Positions 36,268-46,700 of a DNA stretch of 61,504 nt are shown here, piece by piece. Within the stretch, counting starts at the first letter, position 1, and each line of letters begins with the position of its first letter. Location of the stretch: positions 1 to 61,504 of the IMG/VR virus record IMGVR_UViG_3300022074_000039; one strand, given 5' to 3'. The position numbers and the translations under genes are program-made. Source of the DNA: a virus (Duplodnaviria > Caudoviricetes). The notes beneath the pieces were generated by a model, which saw nothing but the letters and a program-made list of their open reading frames with translations, made no database searches and was not told the origin of the DNA.

Positions 36268-39200
36268 ATGGCGCAACTTACTGATCAAGAAATACAAAAT
36301 CTCATAAACAATGATGAGATAATTGGAGCAACAGAAGATGGCGTTTCAAAAATAGTTTTGCAGCCTAACGGCCACCGATCTATTTCTGAGGTGAGCGTTA
36401 ACATCCCTCTGTCCGACGGCCAGATAATACCTCAAAGCCGTATTGCTGACCCCAATGACGAGACTAGCCCTCTGTCTAAACTTATTGTCGCCGTCCAGGA
36501 ACAAGGCGCTAGCCCAGTTGACCCAGAATCGATGGTGCCTATAGGCTTTTTCATAGTCAATGAATATAAAGCTGACTTTGATCTTGAGATAACAAATGAA
36601 GATGTAACAAGGCCAAGGTTCATTATAGCTATAGATAGGTTGTTTGATGTTCAAACTGTTACCTGTTTGCATGCTCCTCCCAATCAATTCGTTAATAATT
36701 TAAATACTGATGAGTTTGTTCTTGGATCTCCAGTTACAGAGAATTTGGGGTGGATTGTCTTGACTCGTCCGACAGCAGAAGCTTTATTCAATGGTATTCT
36801 TGCGGGAGAATCTTACACCTTAAACACTTTTTTAAGTGAGACGGGTGTAGGCACATACCTTGAGACGTTACTCACTACCCCATTTAATTTAGACGTTGAA
36901 GGAATTGATAGTTCATTAGACACATTGCCTAATTATTTGCGTCAAGTTGGTTATTTAGATGCTTTTAATTTAGTTGCCTTGACTGGATCAGACGCTCCAT
37001 CTTCTTTTTCTTTGTTAGACGGTGAGGGTGGTCCAGGAGGCGGCAGGGCAAGGGGTGTGGTGCAGCATACCAATGAGGAGGGCGAGCTGGTTGATGTCGG
37101 TCAGGTTGATTTCGATGATGCCCTTATGTTTAATCAGGGTTCGGTAACGGTAAACCCAGATCCCGATTACACGGGAAATGAGGCCAATAACAGGTACGAA
37201 AGCTTGTTTTTTTACACTGGCACAAAAAGCGTTTTGTTCAAAAAAGATCTCTCTGATGGAGTTAGCTTTAGGTATCAATCTTCTCTTCCTCAAATAAACA
37301 GGAGAAATGTTGAAGTAGGAAGTGGCGACACCGTTTCATTATTTCCCCTTAACGGTACAGAAGGTGAGTTGCCTGAATTCCCGCCTGGTCAAATTGCTGT
37401 GGGTATTGTAGATTTTAAGAGGCTTCACTCTTTCGCTGAAATATCTACGCTTCTTTTCTTTATAAACAACAGGAACATAGAGGATAGGTCGTTCAAGACT
37501 AACGCGAACCACGACTTCGGAATCATATACTACGATCAAAGGGGCAGGCATGGCTTTGTAAATCCTTTGGTGACTACGTATGTACCTGGGTACTCAAATG
37601 ATGAAAGGCAAGGCCCTCCTGGCTCTGTATCTGTAGAACTACAGCTCAACCATACTCCTCCAGACTGGGCACACAATTACAAGATTGCGTACTCTAGAAA
37701 TACTAGCGTAGGAAACTTCGTGCAGTATTCTTCTGGTGGCGCTTTTATCCAAGAGATACAGGATCAAGAAATTTCTGAATCAAACCAGAACATCTATGTG
37801 TCTCTTAATTACTTGCAGCAGCACCCTATATCTTACTCTACTGCTTACGGAGCAAGAGGCATTGATGGCGGGCTAAATATCTACAAGTATCAAGAGGGCG
37901 ATAGGCTGAGAGTTATATCTTTTGATAACGGAGGAAACGAAAATAGAGAATACGTTCCTTCTAGCTTTGAGTTCGAGGTGGTTGATTACAGAATACTAGA
38001 GGACAACGTAGATAATCCTTTGGCAAATGTGCCTGTTCCTACGAATCAACTTGGAGCTTTTGTTGTTTTGAAAAATAACCCCTCGGCATATGGATTTAAC
38101 TATTCTGCTGTTTCGGCATTGTCAGACAATTGGGGGAAGAACTGCATCTTTGAGCTGTACAGCCCCTTGAAGTCTGCCGAAGAAGAGGATAGGATCTACT
38201 ATGAAATCGGTAGCACTGGAGCTGTGCAGTATAACGCTGACGCTACGGCCCTCGTTCACGAGCCTCAAACTATTACGCTAACAAAGGGTGATGTGTGGTT
38301 TAGAAAGGTGCCTGTCAACGTAAGAGAGTTTTCTTCTGGTCAATTCAACGACTTAATTTTTGACCAAGATGGAGAGATAGGTAACCCCACACCCAACTTC
38401 AAGTCTGTTTACCTAGAGACCATGTCGGTTAGCGATCTTTTCAGATCTAACTCGCACTCTATAGGCAGGCCAAACGTAGTATCTGAGTCGGCTGGACAGG
38501 TAATTAGAGAGTCATCAATCACTTACTCTGATCCTACCGACCCTTCGTCAAAGAAGCCTAAGTTTTCTTCCTTTAATCTGTTCAATATAAACTTCAAGGA
38601 TCTGCCTGAGGTGTATGGCAACCTGACGTATCTCGCAAACTTCGGTGAGTTCCTGGTTGCGCTACAGAAAGACAAGGTAAGCCTAGTCCCCTTGAATAGA
38701 AACGTACTGTCTGACGCTTCAGGTGGGCAAAATATCATCGCTTCAAAAGAGATATTGGGCAGTGCAATCTTTGTAGATGAAGAGAAAGGCTCTGATTCTC
38801 CAAGCTCCGTAATCGAGATAGATAGCAAGATATACTTTGGTAGCACGGGATCTTTTTCTATTTGCAAAATGGAGAAGTCCAAAAGAGGCTTACTTACTAT
38901 TTCTGATAAGAACGTAACTGCTCTAATTAGAGATGAGATAATCGCAAAGCAGGGAGGGGCTGGCGTGGTTAGGCTGGTGGGCGGATACGATCCCCTAAAA
39001 GAAGAGTACCTCATAACTATTTTATCTGTTGAAGAGATATCATTTGATGACGGCACTAATCCGCAACTTGTTGAACAACCAGGAGGTCCTGTTCAAGACC
39101 CTGGCCCACAGATAGCGGATAGCTTGATTGTTCCAGACTCCAACCTAGACGGTGTTATAACCATCGAGGATCTATTGGCTCTTGAGCTTTATCCGCCTTT

Positions 39201-39966
39201 GATTACGATAGATGCGCTGGAAGAAAATGGCTTTACTGTTTTGGTTGAGGGCCAAGTAGCGGTTGACCCAGACGCAACGGTAGAGGACCTTATAGAAGCG
39301 GGCTTGCTTACCGTTGCAGATATTTTGAATTCTGGCGTGATAGATGTAGAAGACCTATTAGTTGAGGGTCAAGTAGTAGTGGATGACCCAACCCTGGTTG
39401 CTAATCCAGGCGACTTTATTGTCCCAGACCTGAACGAAGATGGTGAGCTTACTATTAATGAGATACCTGGAATAAATGCTGAGAATTTTGTAACTCAGGC
39501 TGCATCTTATTTGAATAATCAAGTAGGCACATTTGAGGTGTTTATGCAATTGTTTGACGCTTTAGGAATAGACATCAATGATGTCGCTGAGGAGTTAGGT
39601 GTAGAAGTTGGTGGCGGACTGACAAGTTCAATCACAGACCTCAATCAGGATTCAGTTATTAGCGTAAACGAAGCGCTTGATTTTGCCTCTGATAAAAAAG
39701 TAATTAGCGCCCTTATCCAAAAGCTTTCTTCTCCCTCGCAATCTGTTAGTGGCGACAATCTAGATGGAGAGCTGGTAGATTTGGGAGATATTAGAAGCCT
39801 TTTGTTAAAGCTAAAAGCAATAGACTTAAATACTTTAAAAAAATTGCTTAGCGATTCTAACGTCGATAGTCTTACTGGCACTGATGATTTGCTTACCATA
39901 TTGGCAAACTATGGTCAATATACAACCGACCTTGACTTAGGTGTAACATTTGATCCAGACGAATAA
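36268..39966 (+). CDS. Tail stabilisation protein, middle part, with EF-hand/dockerin-like C-terminal repeats
   Basis: GIIYYD..GR, PP.WA..YK, S.FN....NFKDL...YG, GGYDP...EY; DxNxDG repeats. Confidence 0.7.
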   Translation: MAQLTDQEIQNLINNDEIIGATEDGVSKIVLQPNGHRSISEVSVNIPLSDGQIIPQSRIADPNDETSPLSKLIVAVQEQGASPVDPESMVPIGFFIVNEYKADFDLEITNEDVTRPRFIIAIDRLFDVQTVTCLHAPPNQFVNNLNTDEFVLGSPVTENLGWIVLTRPTAEALFNGILAGESYTLNTFLSETGVGTYLETLLTTPFNLDVEGIDSSLDTLPNYLRQVGYLDAFNLVALTGSDAPSSFSLLDGEGGPGGGRARGVVQHTNEEGELVDVGQVDFDDALMFNQGSVTVNPDPDYTGNEANNRYESLFFYTGTKSVLFKKDLSDGVSFRYQSSLPQINRRNVEVGSGDTVSLFPLNGTEGELPEFPPGQIAVGIVDFKRLHSFAEISTLLFFINNRNIEDRSFKTNANHDFGIIYYDQRGRHGFVNPLVTTYVPGYSNDERQGPPGSVSVELQLNHTPPDWAHNYKIAYSRNTSVGNFVQYSSGGAFIQEIQDQEISESNQNIYVSLNYLQQHPISYSTAYGARGIDGGLNIYKYQEGDRLRVISFDNGGNENREYVPSSFEFEVVDYRILEDNVDNPLANVPVPTNQLGAFVVLKNNPSAYGFNYSAVSALSDNWGKNCIFELYSPLKSAEEEDRIYYEIGSTGAVQYNADATALVHEPQTITLTKGDVWFRKVPVNVREFSSGQFNDLIFDQDGEIGNPTPNFKSVYLETMSVSDLFRSNSHSIGRPNVVSESAGQVIRESSITYSDPTDPSSKKPKFSSFNLFNINFKDLPEVYGNLTYLANFGEFLVALQKDKVSLVPLNRNVLSDASGGQNIIASKEILGSAIFVDEEKGSDSPSSVIEIDSKIYFGSTGSFSICKMEKSKRGLLTISDKNVTALIRDEIIAKQGGAGVVRLVGGYDPLKEEYLITILSVEEISFDDGTNPQLVEQPGGPVQDPGPQIADSLIVPDSNLDGVITIEDLLALELYPPLITIDALEENGFTVLVEGQVAVDPDATVEDLIEAGLLTVADILNSGVIDVEDLLVEGQVVVDDPTLVANPGDFIVPDLNEDGELTINEIPGINAENFVTQAASYLNNQVGTFEVFMQLFDALGIDINDVAEELGVEVGGGLTSSITDLNQDSVISVNEALDFASDKKVISALIQKLSSPSQSVSGDNLDGELVDLGDIRSLLLKLKAIDLNTLKKLLSDSNVDSLTGTDDLLTILANYGQYTTDLDLGVTFDPDE

Positions 39967-40925
39967 TGACCATAGCATACTCAGACAAATACAATTTGTG
40001 GACCACCAGGTACAGCTTTGAGCCTACCTGCTATGGCACCGTAGGGAACACCATGATTTCGTCAAAAGAAAATGGTATATACAAGCACGACGTCAACGAG
40101 ATTAGGTGTAACTTTTATGGCGATAGCTTAGGTTGTAGCCTTGAAGTCGCTTCGAATCGAGACCCTTCTGCCATCAAGTCGTTTAACTCAATCTCTTTAG
40201 AAACCAACAGTCCCGATTGGACGGCAACTGTATTTACGAATGATGAATACAGCTCAGCGAGTCAAGAAGCGCCTGTCGGTAATTTAAACCCCGTCAGCGG
40301 CCGTAGTTTTAGATCTAGAGAGGGCTTTCAATATGCTGCAATACGTAGAGACACAAAGAACTCAACTAAAAATATTTTTTCTATAGGTCAAAGAGTTTCT
40401 AGTGTAGATGTCATTGGGCTCGAACAAACAATTGCGACTGTTAGGCTCAACTATAACTCTAGCATACCGCCTAATATTCCCCATACTACTAATTTGCTTA
40501 ACAATACTTCGGTAAAAACTATTGAGGGTGCGGTAGGATCAGAGCAATTAGTCAATGTCATAGAGGGTGCTACCATGAAAGCTGTTGGTTTGGGGGATCG
40601 TAGCCTTACGGTTCAATTCCCAAACAACAATTTCTATTATAATGAAGATTCTATTGACGCTATTTTTCTTCCAGAAGATGATGGTGTTTCCTTGGGTTTA
40701 ATTTTAGTTGTTGAGTCTACTTCTGCCTTAAATGGAGACAAAATGAGGGGGCCATATGCAAGAGTATCGTTAAGCACTACTACTACCGAGGCTATTGAGC
40801 TGCATGCCATAAACTTGGACTACAGCCTTTCTCATTTGGACGCTAGCTTGAGTCAAAATGTTACAAAAAAGAAGCAGTCAGCCCAGCAGCCGCGCAGTAA
40901 TTCACGTTTAAGTCAAAATCGTTAA
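39966..40925 (+). CDS. Tail stabilisation protein, C-terminal part
   Basis: TIAYS....W.TRYSF.P, N..PS..K.F.SI.LE, G..MRG.Y. Confidence 0.65.
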   Translation: MTIAYSDKYNLWTTRYSFEPTCYGTVGNTMISSKENGIYKHDVNEIRCNFYGDSLGCSLEVASNRDPSAIKSFNSISLETNSPDWTATVFTNDEYSSASQEAPVGNLNPVSGRSFRSREGFQYAAIRRDTKNSTKNIFSIGQRVSSVDVIGLEQTIATVRLNYNSSIPPNIPHTTNLLNNTSVKTIEGAVGSEQLVNVIEGATMKAVGLGDRSLTVQFPNNNFYYNEDSIDAIFLPEDDGVSLGLILVVESTSALNGDKMRGPYARVSLSTTTTEAIELHAINLDYSLSHLDASLSQNVTKKKQSAQQPRSNSRLSQNR

Positions 40926-40930
40926 ATTTG
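40923..40930 (+). promoter_or_regulatory. -7 element TAAATTTG
   Basis: Just before ORF 40937. Confidence 0.5.
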
Positions 40931-40936
40931 TAAATC

Positions 40937-41848
40937 ATGATGGATTTATTTTGGTTCGACTTCCCAGGATTGAGTTATGCGATTGATCCCATAACTATAG
41001 CACTTCTTGCTGGTAGCGCAGCAGCGGACTATTTTTCTGCTGAGTCAGCGCGTGATGACGCTCAATCAGACGTGAATCGAGCACAAGCTGAAGCCAGGGG
41101 GTCAGTAGCTGATCTGGCTAAAGAGAGATACAAGAAGAGTCAGGACGATGCAAACTTAGAGGCCATGATGACTGGCTTCCGATCTGTTGGTATGGAGCCC
41201 TTGCAGACAGTTCAGGCTCAGACCCTAGAGGCCCTTAGTACTGGAGGTGAGCGAGCGCTTATGGCGGGGGCTACACCTCTTGCGAGTCAAAGTGTACAGG
41301 CTCAAACTGCCACCCAGGACATGGACTTTGTTAGGGAGCTACAAGGAAGGCAGGTTGCGGCTGAACGGACCGCAGAGATAGATGCTGCTAACGCGGCTGC
41401 TTCTCAGCAGGCTGCATTGCTCCAGGCACAATTAAATCAAGATGCTTTGACGCAAGCTCAGGCTAACCTTGGACAAACAGAGGCGGATCTTGCTTCTTCG
41501 CTTCCAGAGAGCTTAGCCGCTGGGCTTCAGCTTGCTCAGGTTATGGAAGATGGGGGTAAGCCCGTAGTTCAAAAGCTCGATGGCCCAGAAGACCACGACA
41601 AAAAGAAGTTCGCTATTATGGAAAGCGGAGCTGTCATAGACGAGGACAATGGTGAGAAAGTAGCAGAAGCTACGGGTCAGGAATACATACTTAATTCAAA
41701 GCAGGCAAAGGGTATTCACGATGAGTACGATACAGTAACAGAAAAGATTAAGTCTGGTAAAGATCTCAGCGAAGAAGACTGGATGGTTTTTTACAAAGCT
41801 GTAGACGCTGTATTTAGCTTGCCACAATTCAATGAAGAAACAGCGTAA
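40937..41848 (+). CDS. Putative internal virion/ejection protein
   Basis: DP.T...L.G.AA start, Ala/Gln-rich helices, MEDGG...G..H...E.TG.EYILN motif. Confidence 0.6.
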   Translation: MMDLFWFDFPGLSYAIDPITIALLAGSAAADYFSAESARDDAQSDVNRAQAEARGSVADLAKERYKKSQDDANLEAMMTGFRSVGMEPLQTVQAQTLEALSTGGERALMAGATPLASQSVQAQTATQDMDFVRELQGRQVAAERTAEIDAANAAASQQAALLQAQLNQDALTQAQANLGQTEADLASSLPESLAAGLQLAQVMEDGGKPVVQKLDGPEDHDKKKFAIMESGAVIDEDNGEKVAEATGQEYILNSKQAKGIHDEYDTVTEKIKSGKDLSEEDWMVFYKAVDAVFSLPQFNEETA

Positions 41849-43719
41849 TGTCAGAAAGTGTAACACCTTACGTTCAGAGAACTACTTTTGCTGATGCTAT
41901 AAGAAGTGTAGTTCCTCTCATGGCGCAACAACAGGCGCAAGCACAGAGGCAAGAACAGTTTGAGCAATCGCTGGCTTTGAGGTTGGCTCAAGAGCAGAGG
42001 CTAAGCGCCAAGAATCTTTACGATGCTCAACAAGATCAGTTGAAAGCGGGCCGCAAAGCACAGGCAGAGCTTGCTGGATTGAGTGGCGATTTCAATTACG
42101 ATGATGCAGAGGTGGCCGTAAAAGCTTTTGCTCAAAAGGAATTTGAAGAAAACCCTGAGCTGTTGACTAGTTTCAAAGATCAGCTAGGGACTTTTTACTC
42201 CAGGGCTCAAGCAACACATGATTTCTTGGACGAAAGACAAGGCGAGTTTGCTGATTACACATATGGAATCAAGAGCATCGATGGTCAACAATGGACTGGC
42301 AAAGAGCAAGATTTGAATAACATTGTAAAGCGATTAAACTTTGGTGCTTTTGATCCTACAAGCCTTACTCGTGACGGAAATACCATCGTAGCTTCATACT
42401 ACGGGCCTGAGATGGATGAAAATACTGGTAAGCCAACCATTGTTGGCACGGGTCCAATCGAAGATGCCCCTTTCTATGACAGAGAGATACAGATGGGTCA
42501 ATTTAGCCTGTCTGCATATACAGCTCCACTTGCTAGTAGAGATCCGCTAACCTTCTATGAGAATAACATAGATAGCATACTTGATAATGTAGTATCGCAA
42601 AGGGTTCAAGGTCAGCTTTCAGATTTAGAAGCTGAAAGAAAATACATTCAAACATCTCTCATCAGTGCTTTGAGCCCCCAAACTGGATTAAGCCCTGAAT
42701 TAGAAGAGGCTAAAAACACGGCCATAGAGATGTATGCTAACGCTAATGGCAAGCAACTAAGTGAAATCAGAGGCAATCAAGATGAAATTGACAAAGCTGT
42801 TGCAGCGTATGCTGGAGGCGTATCAGAGCTTCACGTTGGCGGATCTAGTGACGATCAGAGGTATGCTGGTGTTTCAACTCTATACAACAAAGACTTTGGC
42901 ACTATATACAGGCAAATAGAGAAGTTGCCTATTTCAGAGCTTGAAAAAGAATCAGAGTTTAGACAACGTGTTCACAACATGGTTTTTAATGAGGCAATAG
43001 GTAATAGCAATGCCATGAGGGGTGCTAGAAACTTTGCCAAGAATGATTATTTAACTGAAAACAGCGGTAACGTATCGGCTGATACTTTAGATGACGATGA
43101 TCGAAACAATTATCTCCAGGACCTCGAAGACGCGCTGATTGGGATTGCCCCACCCTTTACTGATTCCGCTAAATCTAAGGCGACCTCTACTGAAGTTAGG
43201 AAGGGACAAGAGGCTAACGCAATTTTGGAAAGCGCTTCTCAAATCTCTTCTTTACCGCTTTCAGACTTTGATGCTGAGATCTACGAAGGGGCTGGGGTTG
43301 AGGTTGGAGAAGATTTTGATGTAAGCACCTTTGAAATGCCTACATTAAATGTTGGTTTTGAATTGACTCAATACCTTACGGATCAGTACACAAGAGAGCC
43401 AGGAAAAAGGATAAAGAGAACGATCGATGAGGATGGTAAGCCAATACCAAAGAGTCAACAGGTATATGAAGAGCTTCCAGGTGATGCCAAAGAAATAGTT
43501 GAGGCACCTAAAAAAATATCTGCCTTCATAGATGAACAGGGTCAAAAGATCATTATGCTTCATGGGTTTGCAGATCCAAGCATACCTGCTGTTTTCATTA
43601 ACATCACTCAAGACCAGCAATCTAAAAACAGAATTGATCAGTTGCTTTCAAGCCCATTTGGGGGTAACATATCGATTGATGAGTTGTTTTTAATTCACAA
43701 CAAAAATTTATTTAAGTAA
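41848..43719 (+). CDS. Putative internal virion/ejection protein
   Basis: 623 aa, helical, between tail genes and the largest ORF. Confidence 0.55.
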   Translation: MSESVTPYVQRTTFADAIRSVVPLMAQQQAQAQRQEQFEQSLALRLAQEQRLSAKNLYDAQQDQLKAGRKAQAELAGLSGDFNYDDAEVAVKAFAQKEFEENPELLTSFKDQLGTFYSRAQATHDFLDERQGEFADYTYGIKSIDGQQWTGKEQDLNNIVKRLNFGAFDPTSLTRDGNTIVASYYGPEMDENTGKPTIVGTGPIEDAPFYDREIQMGQFSLSAYTAPLASRDPLTFYENNIDSILDNVVSQRVQGQLSDLEAERKYIQTSLISALSPQTGLSPELEEAKNTAIEMYANANGKQLSEIRGNQDEIDKAVAAYAGGVSELHVGGSSDDQRYAGVSTLYNKDFGTIYRQIEKLPISELEKESEFRQRVHNMVFNEAIGNSNAMRGARNFAKNDYLTENSGNVSADTLDDDDRNNYLQDLEDALIGIAPPFTDSAKSKATSTEVRKGQEANAILESASQISSLPLSDFDAEIYEGAGVEVGEDFDVSTFEMPTLNVGFELTQYLTDQYTREPGKRIKRTIDEDGKPIPKSQQVYEELPGDAKEIVEAPKKISAFIDEQGQKIIMLHGFADPSIPAVFINITQDQQSKNRIDQLLSSPFGGNISIDELFLIHNKNLFK

Positions 43720-46700
43720 TGGAGGATAAGTTTTCACAGCTGTATGATTACTTGAGTAAGAATCAGAACTACTCCTCCCTTTTCCCTGAGGGCACTACGC
43801 AAGACTCATTCAAGCAGATGTATGTTTCTGGAGAGCGCCCCATCGGTAGATTGTTTCAAGGACTTTCTATGGAAGAACAGCTCCCTTTCGATTTGGGCAA
43901 CCTGTCTCAGTTTTCTGAGGACTACTTCGGCGTAAAAAAAAAAGAATCGACCGTACCGTTCGAGGGGGTCGCGGGGGATCAGGAATTACAGCAGGCTTTT
44001 CCTTCGGCCCGTCCTTCTACGGTTGCTTCGTCACGCGCAGATCAGCTGGTAAGTCAAGGCGATGGAGCCTTGGACTTCACTGTAAGACCTGGCCTGTTCG
44101 GGTTTAATGATATTAGTATCAAGCCAGAGAGGCAGTTTCTTCAAGGCAATCTTGGAAATAATGTAAACAAAACACCAATTGTTGGCGGTCTATTCGATCA
44201 ATACTCAAGGGCTCTAGCTGTAGGCTTCAGCAACTTCAAAACGATAGACGAAACCAGGGCTATGTTTGCTGGTCCTGATGAAGAAACAGTAGAGGCGTAT
44301 TATAATTCTATGCTTGAGCACCAGCAGAGAATTGATCAGTATGGCGAGAGCGCAGCGATGAAAGAGTTTCTAAAGAGTGCAAGGGAATATGTTGATGGAG
44401 GGAATGCATTTGGTGGGCTAAAAGCAATGCTAGAAAATCCTAGCGTAGTGCCAGAGTTTTTGTTGCAGAGCGGTCTAAACATGATCGACCCTGAGGCTAT
44501 AAAATCTGGCTTAAAGGTTTTAACCACGGGCGTTGTAGCAGGCGGAGGAATAGGCATGTCATTTGGCGGGCCCTTAGGCGCTGTGCCTGGAGCTCTCGCT
44601 GGAGGTGCAATGTCAGTCCCATTTGCTATGGCAGCGATCAATGGAGAAGTCGATATAGTTATGTCATCAGCTGAGTTCCTCAATGAAGAACTAGAAAAAG
44701 CTGGCTTAGATTTTGAGCCAGAAGCTATACTTCAGATCCTTTCAGATGACGAAAAGTATAAGTCGATTAGGAATAGAGCTGTAGCTAGAGGCAATACGGT
44801 TATGACTGTGGATGCCGCATTTGGCGCTGTAGCTAGCAACGCTTTGAGGGCTTTAAGAGTTGCAAACAGAATTAGCGATAAAGTTCTTGTGGCTAGCGAG
44901 CTTGCAGGCGAGGTTGCGGCTGGAGCTGGAGGGGAGTCACTCGCTCGATCCGTGGCTGGTCAGGAGCAAGACCCTCTTGAAACAGGCATAGAGGCTGGTG
45001 TTTCGTTATTCACGACTGGCCCTACTAATCTTGCTTCTACCTATGTAGGAATGAGGCGAGATAAAATGTTGAATGGAGAGATTGAACGATTGGTATCAGC
45101 CAACAACACTAAAGCCTATTTCATAAATGATGGCAGGCTTGACGCCGATGGCTTTTCTGACTTCATAGAAACTGCCACCAATGAACAGCTCCTAAACACA
45201 AACATAAGGGTAGACAACGATCCAAGGATGCTTGGATTTGTAGAGGGTAAGTTGGAAAGAGCTCAGATAGAAAACGGTTTGCCAGAAGGTGTTTCTGATC
45301 AACAGAGAGCACAGCTTATAGAGTTGGAGACTAGGCTGAAGAGATTGGATGGTAGCACTAATCGTAGCGCTGAATCAGTAAGAAAGAAGTTGAGGTCGGA
45401 GATAGACGATATAGTTGAAAATATAGAAGCCCCCACTACAGCTCCCGTAGAGCCATCCTTAACAGGAGATCCCGCCTCACCAGAAGCTACTGTAAGCCAA
45501 GCGGAGATAGACGCTGCTCAGGCAGCAGATCAACAGCAAGCAGCTGAAACTCAAACCATGAGATCTCAGCAGACTCAAGAGGCTAGGTCTTTGAGGCAAA
45601 GACAAGAAGCGGAGGGTGTGTACTTTGAAAAGTCATACAGCTTTAGTAACCCTAAAGAGTTTCTTGCCGATGTTTTAAACAACAAAACGAAGCTGCAACG
45701 CAAATGGCTTCGTGCTAGTAGGTTAAACCCTAGGTCGGTGTTTGATGCAGTAGAAGCTAAGCAGGCTTTTATCAGCTCAGAAATGAGCAAGGTGCAGGCT
45801 CACGCAAAAGAATTTGGAAGGATAGAAGCTTCTATTGCTAAAGAAAGCAGAAATGATTGGGCGCAGCAGTTTGATGCTTTACTCAGAGGCGGAGAGCCTG
45901 GGGAGCTTATGAACTCCCAGTCTATTTCTCTTGCGAGAGAGATGAGAACCAACGTAGACAACCTGTCTTTGCGGCTTGTAAATGAAGGAGCTGTAAAGAT
46001 GAGCGAGGTGGACAAAGTATTGTCAAACCTTGATACATACCTTACGAGATCCTACAAGCTTTTTGAGCAGAGGGGATACAAGAATCAGCTTGCTTCTGCC
46101 GAGGGGCAAGAGATAGTCAACAAAGCAAAGCTGAGGCTTAGAGCTGATAACTACGAAGGAGTAGTAGATCTCGCTCAAAGAGATGCTTTTGGCTCTGAAA
46201 CCTACACAGCAGAAAACAATCCTGATCAACTAAAGTTTGAGGAGTTGCTTGAGCAGCGTCTTGACGCTAAAGTGTCGGGCATTCTCAACAGAGACGGTAA
46301 TTCGTTTGCTGGTAACCCCAAGCTTGCTAGCAAGGACTTAAACGTCTTAAAGGAAAGAAAAGAAATACCTGTAGAGATTAGGGCGTTGATGGGGGAGTTC
46401 AGTGATCCTCTTCAAAACTACGCTCAAACTATTCTTCGACAATCTCAACTTGCAGAGAACCATAGAGCGCTAACGACAATAAGAGACAAAGGCAAGGGTG
46501 TTTATTTATTTGATCAACCCCAAGGAGCTTTTGACACATTAATAGCATCTGAAGGTAGCGAATCCTTGAGCCCGTTGAACGGTCTTTATACCACAAAAGA
46601 AGTCGCCGAAGAGTTCAATAAAGCTGGAGCCAATATGGACTTTAGCGGTCCATCAGAAAAGATTATGGGCAACTTTTTTAGCGGATGGCTTAAAGTTACT

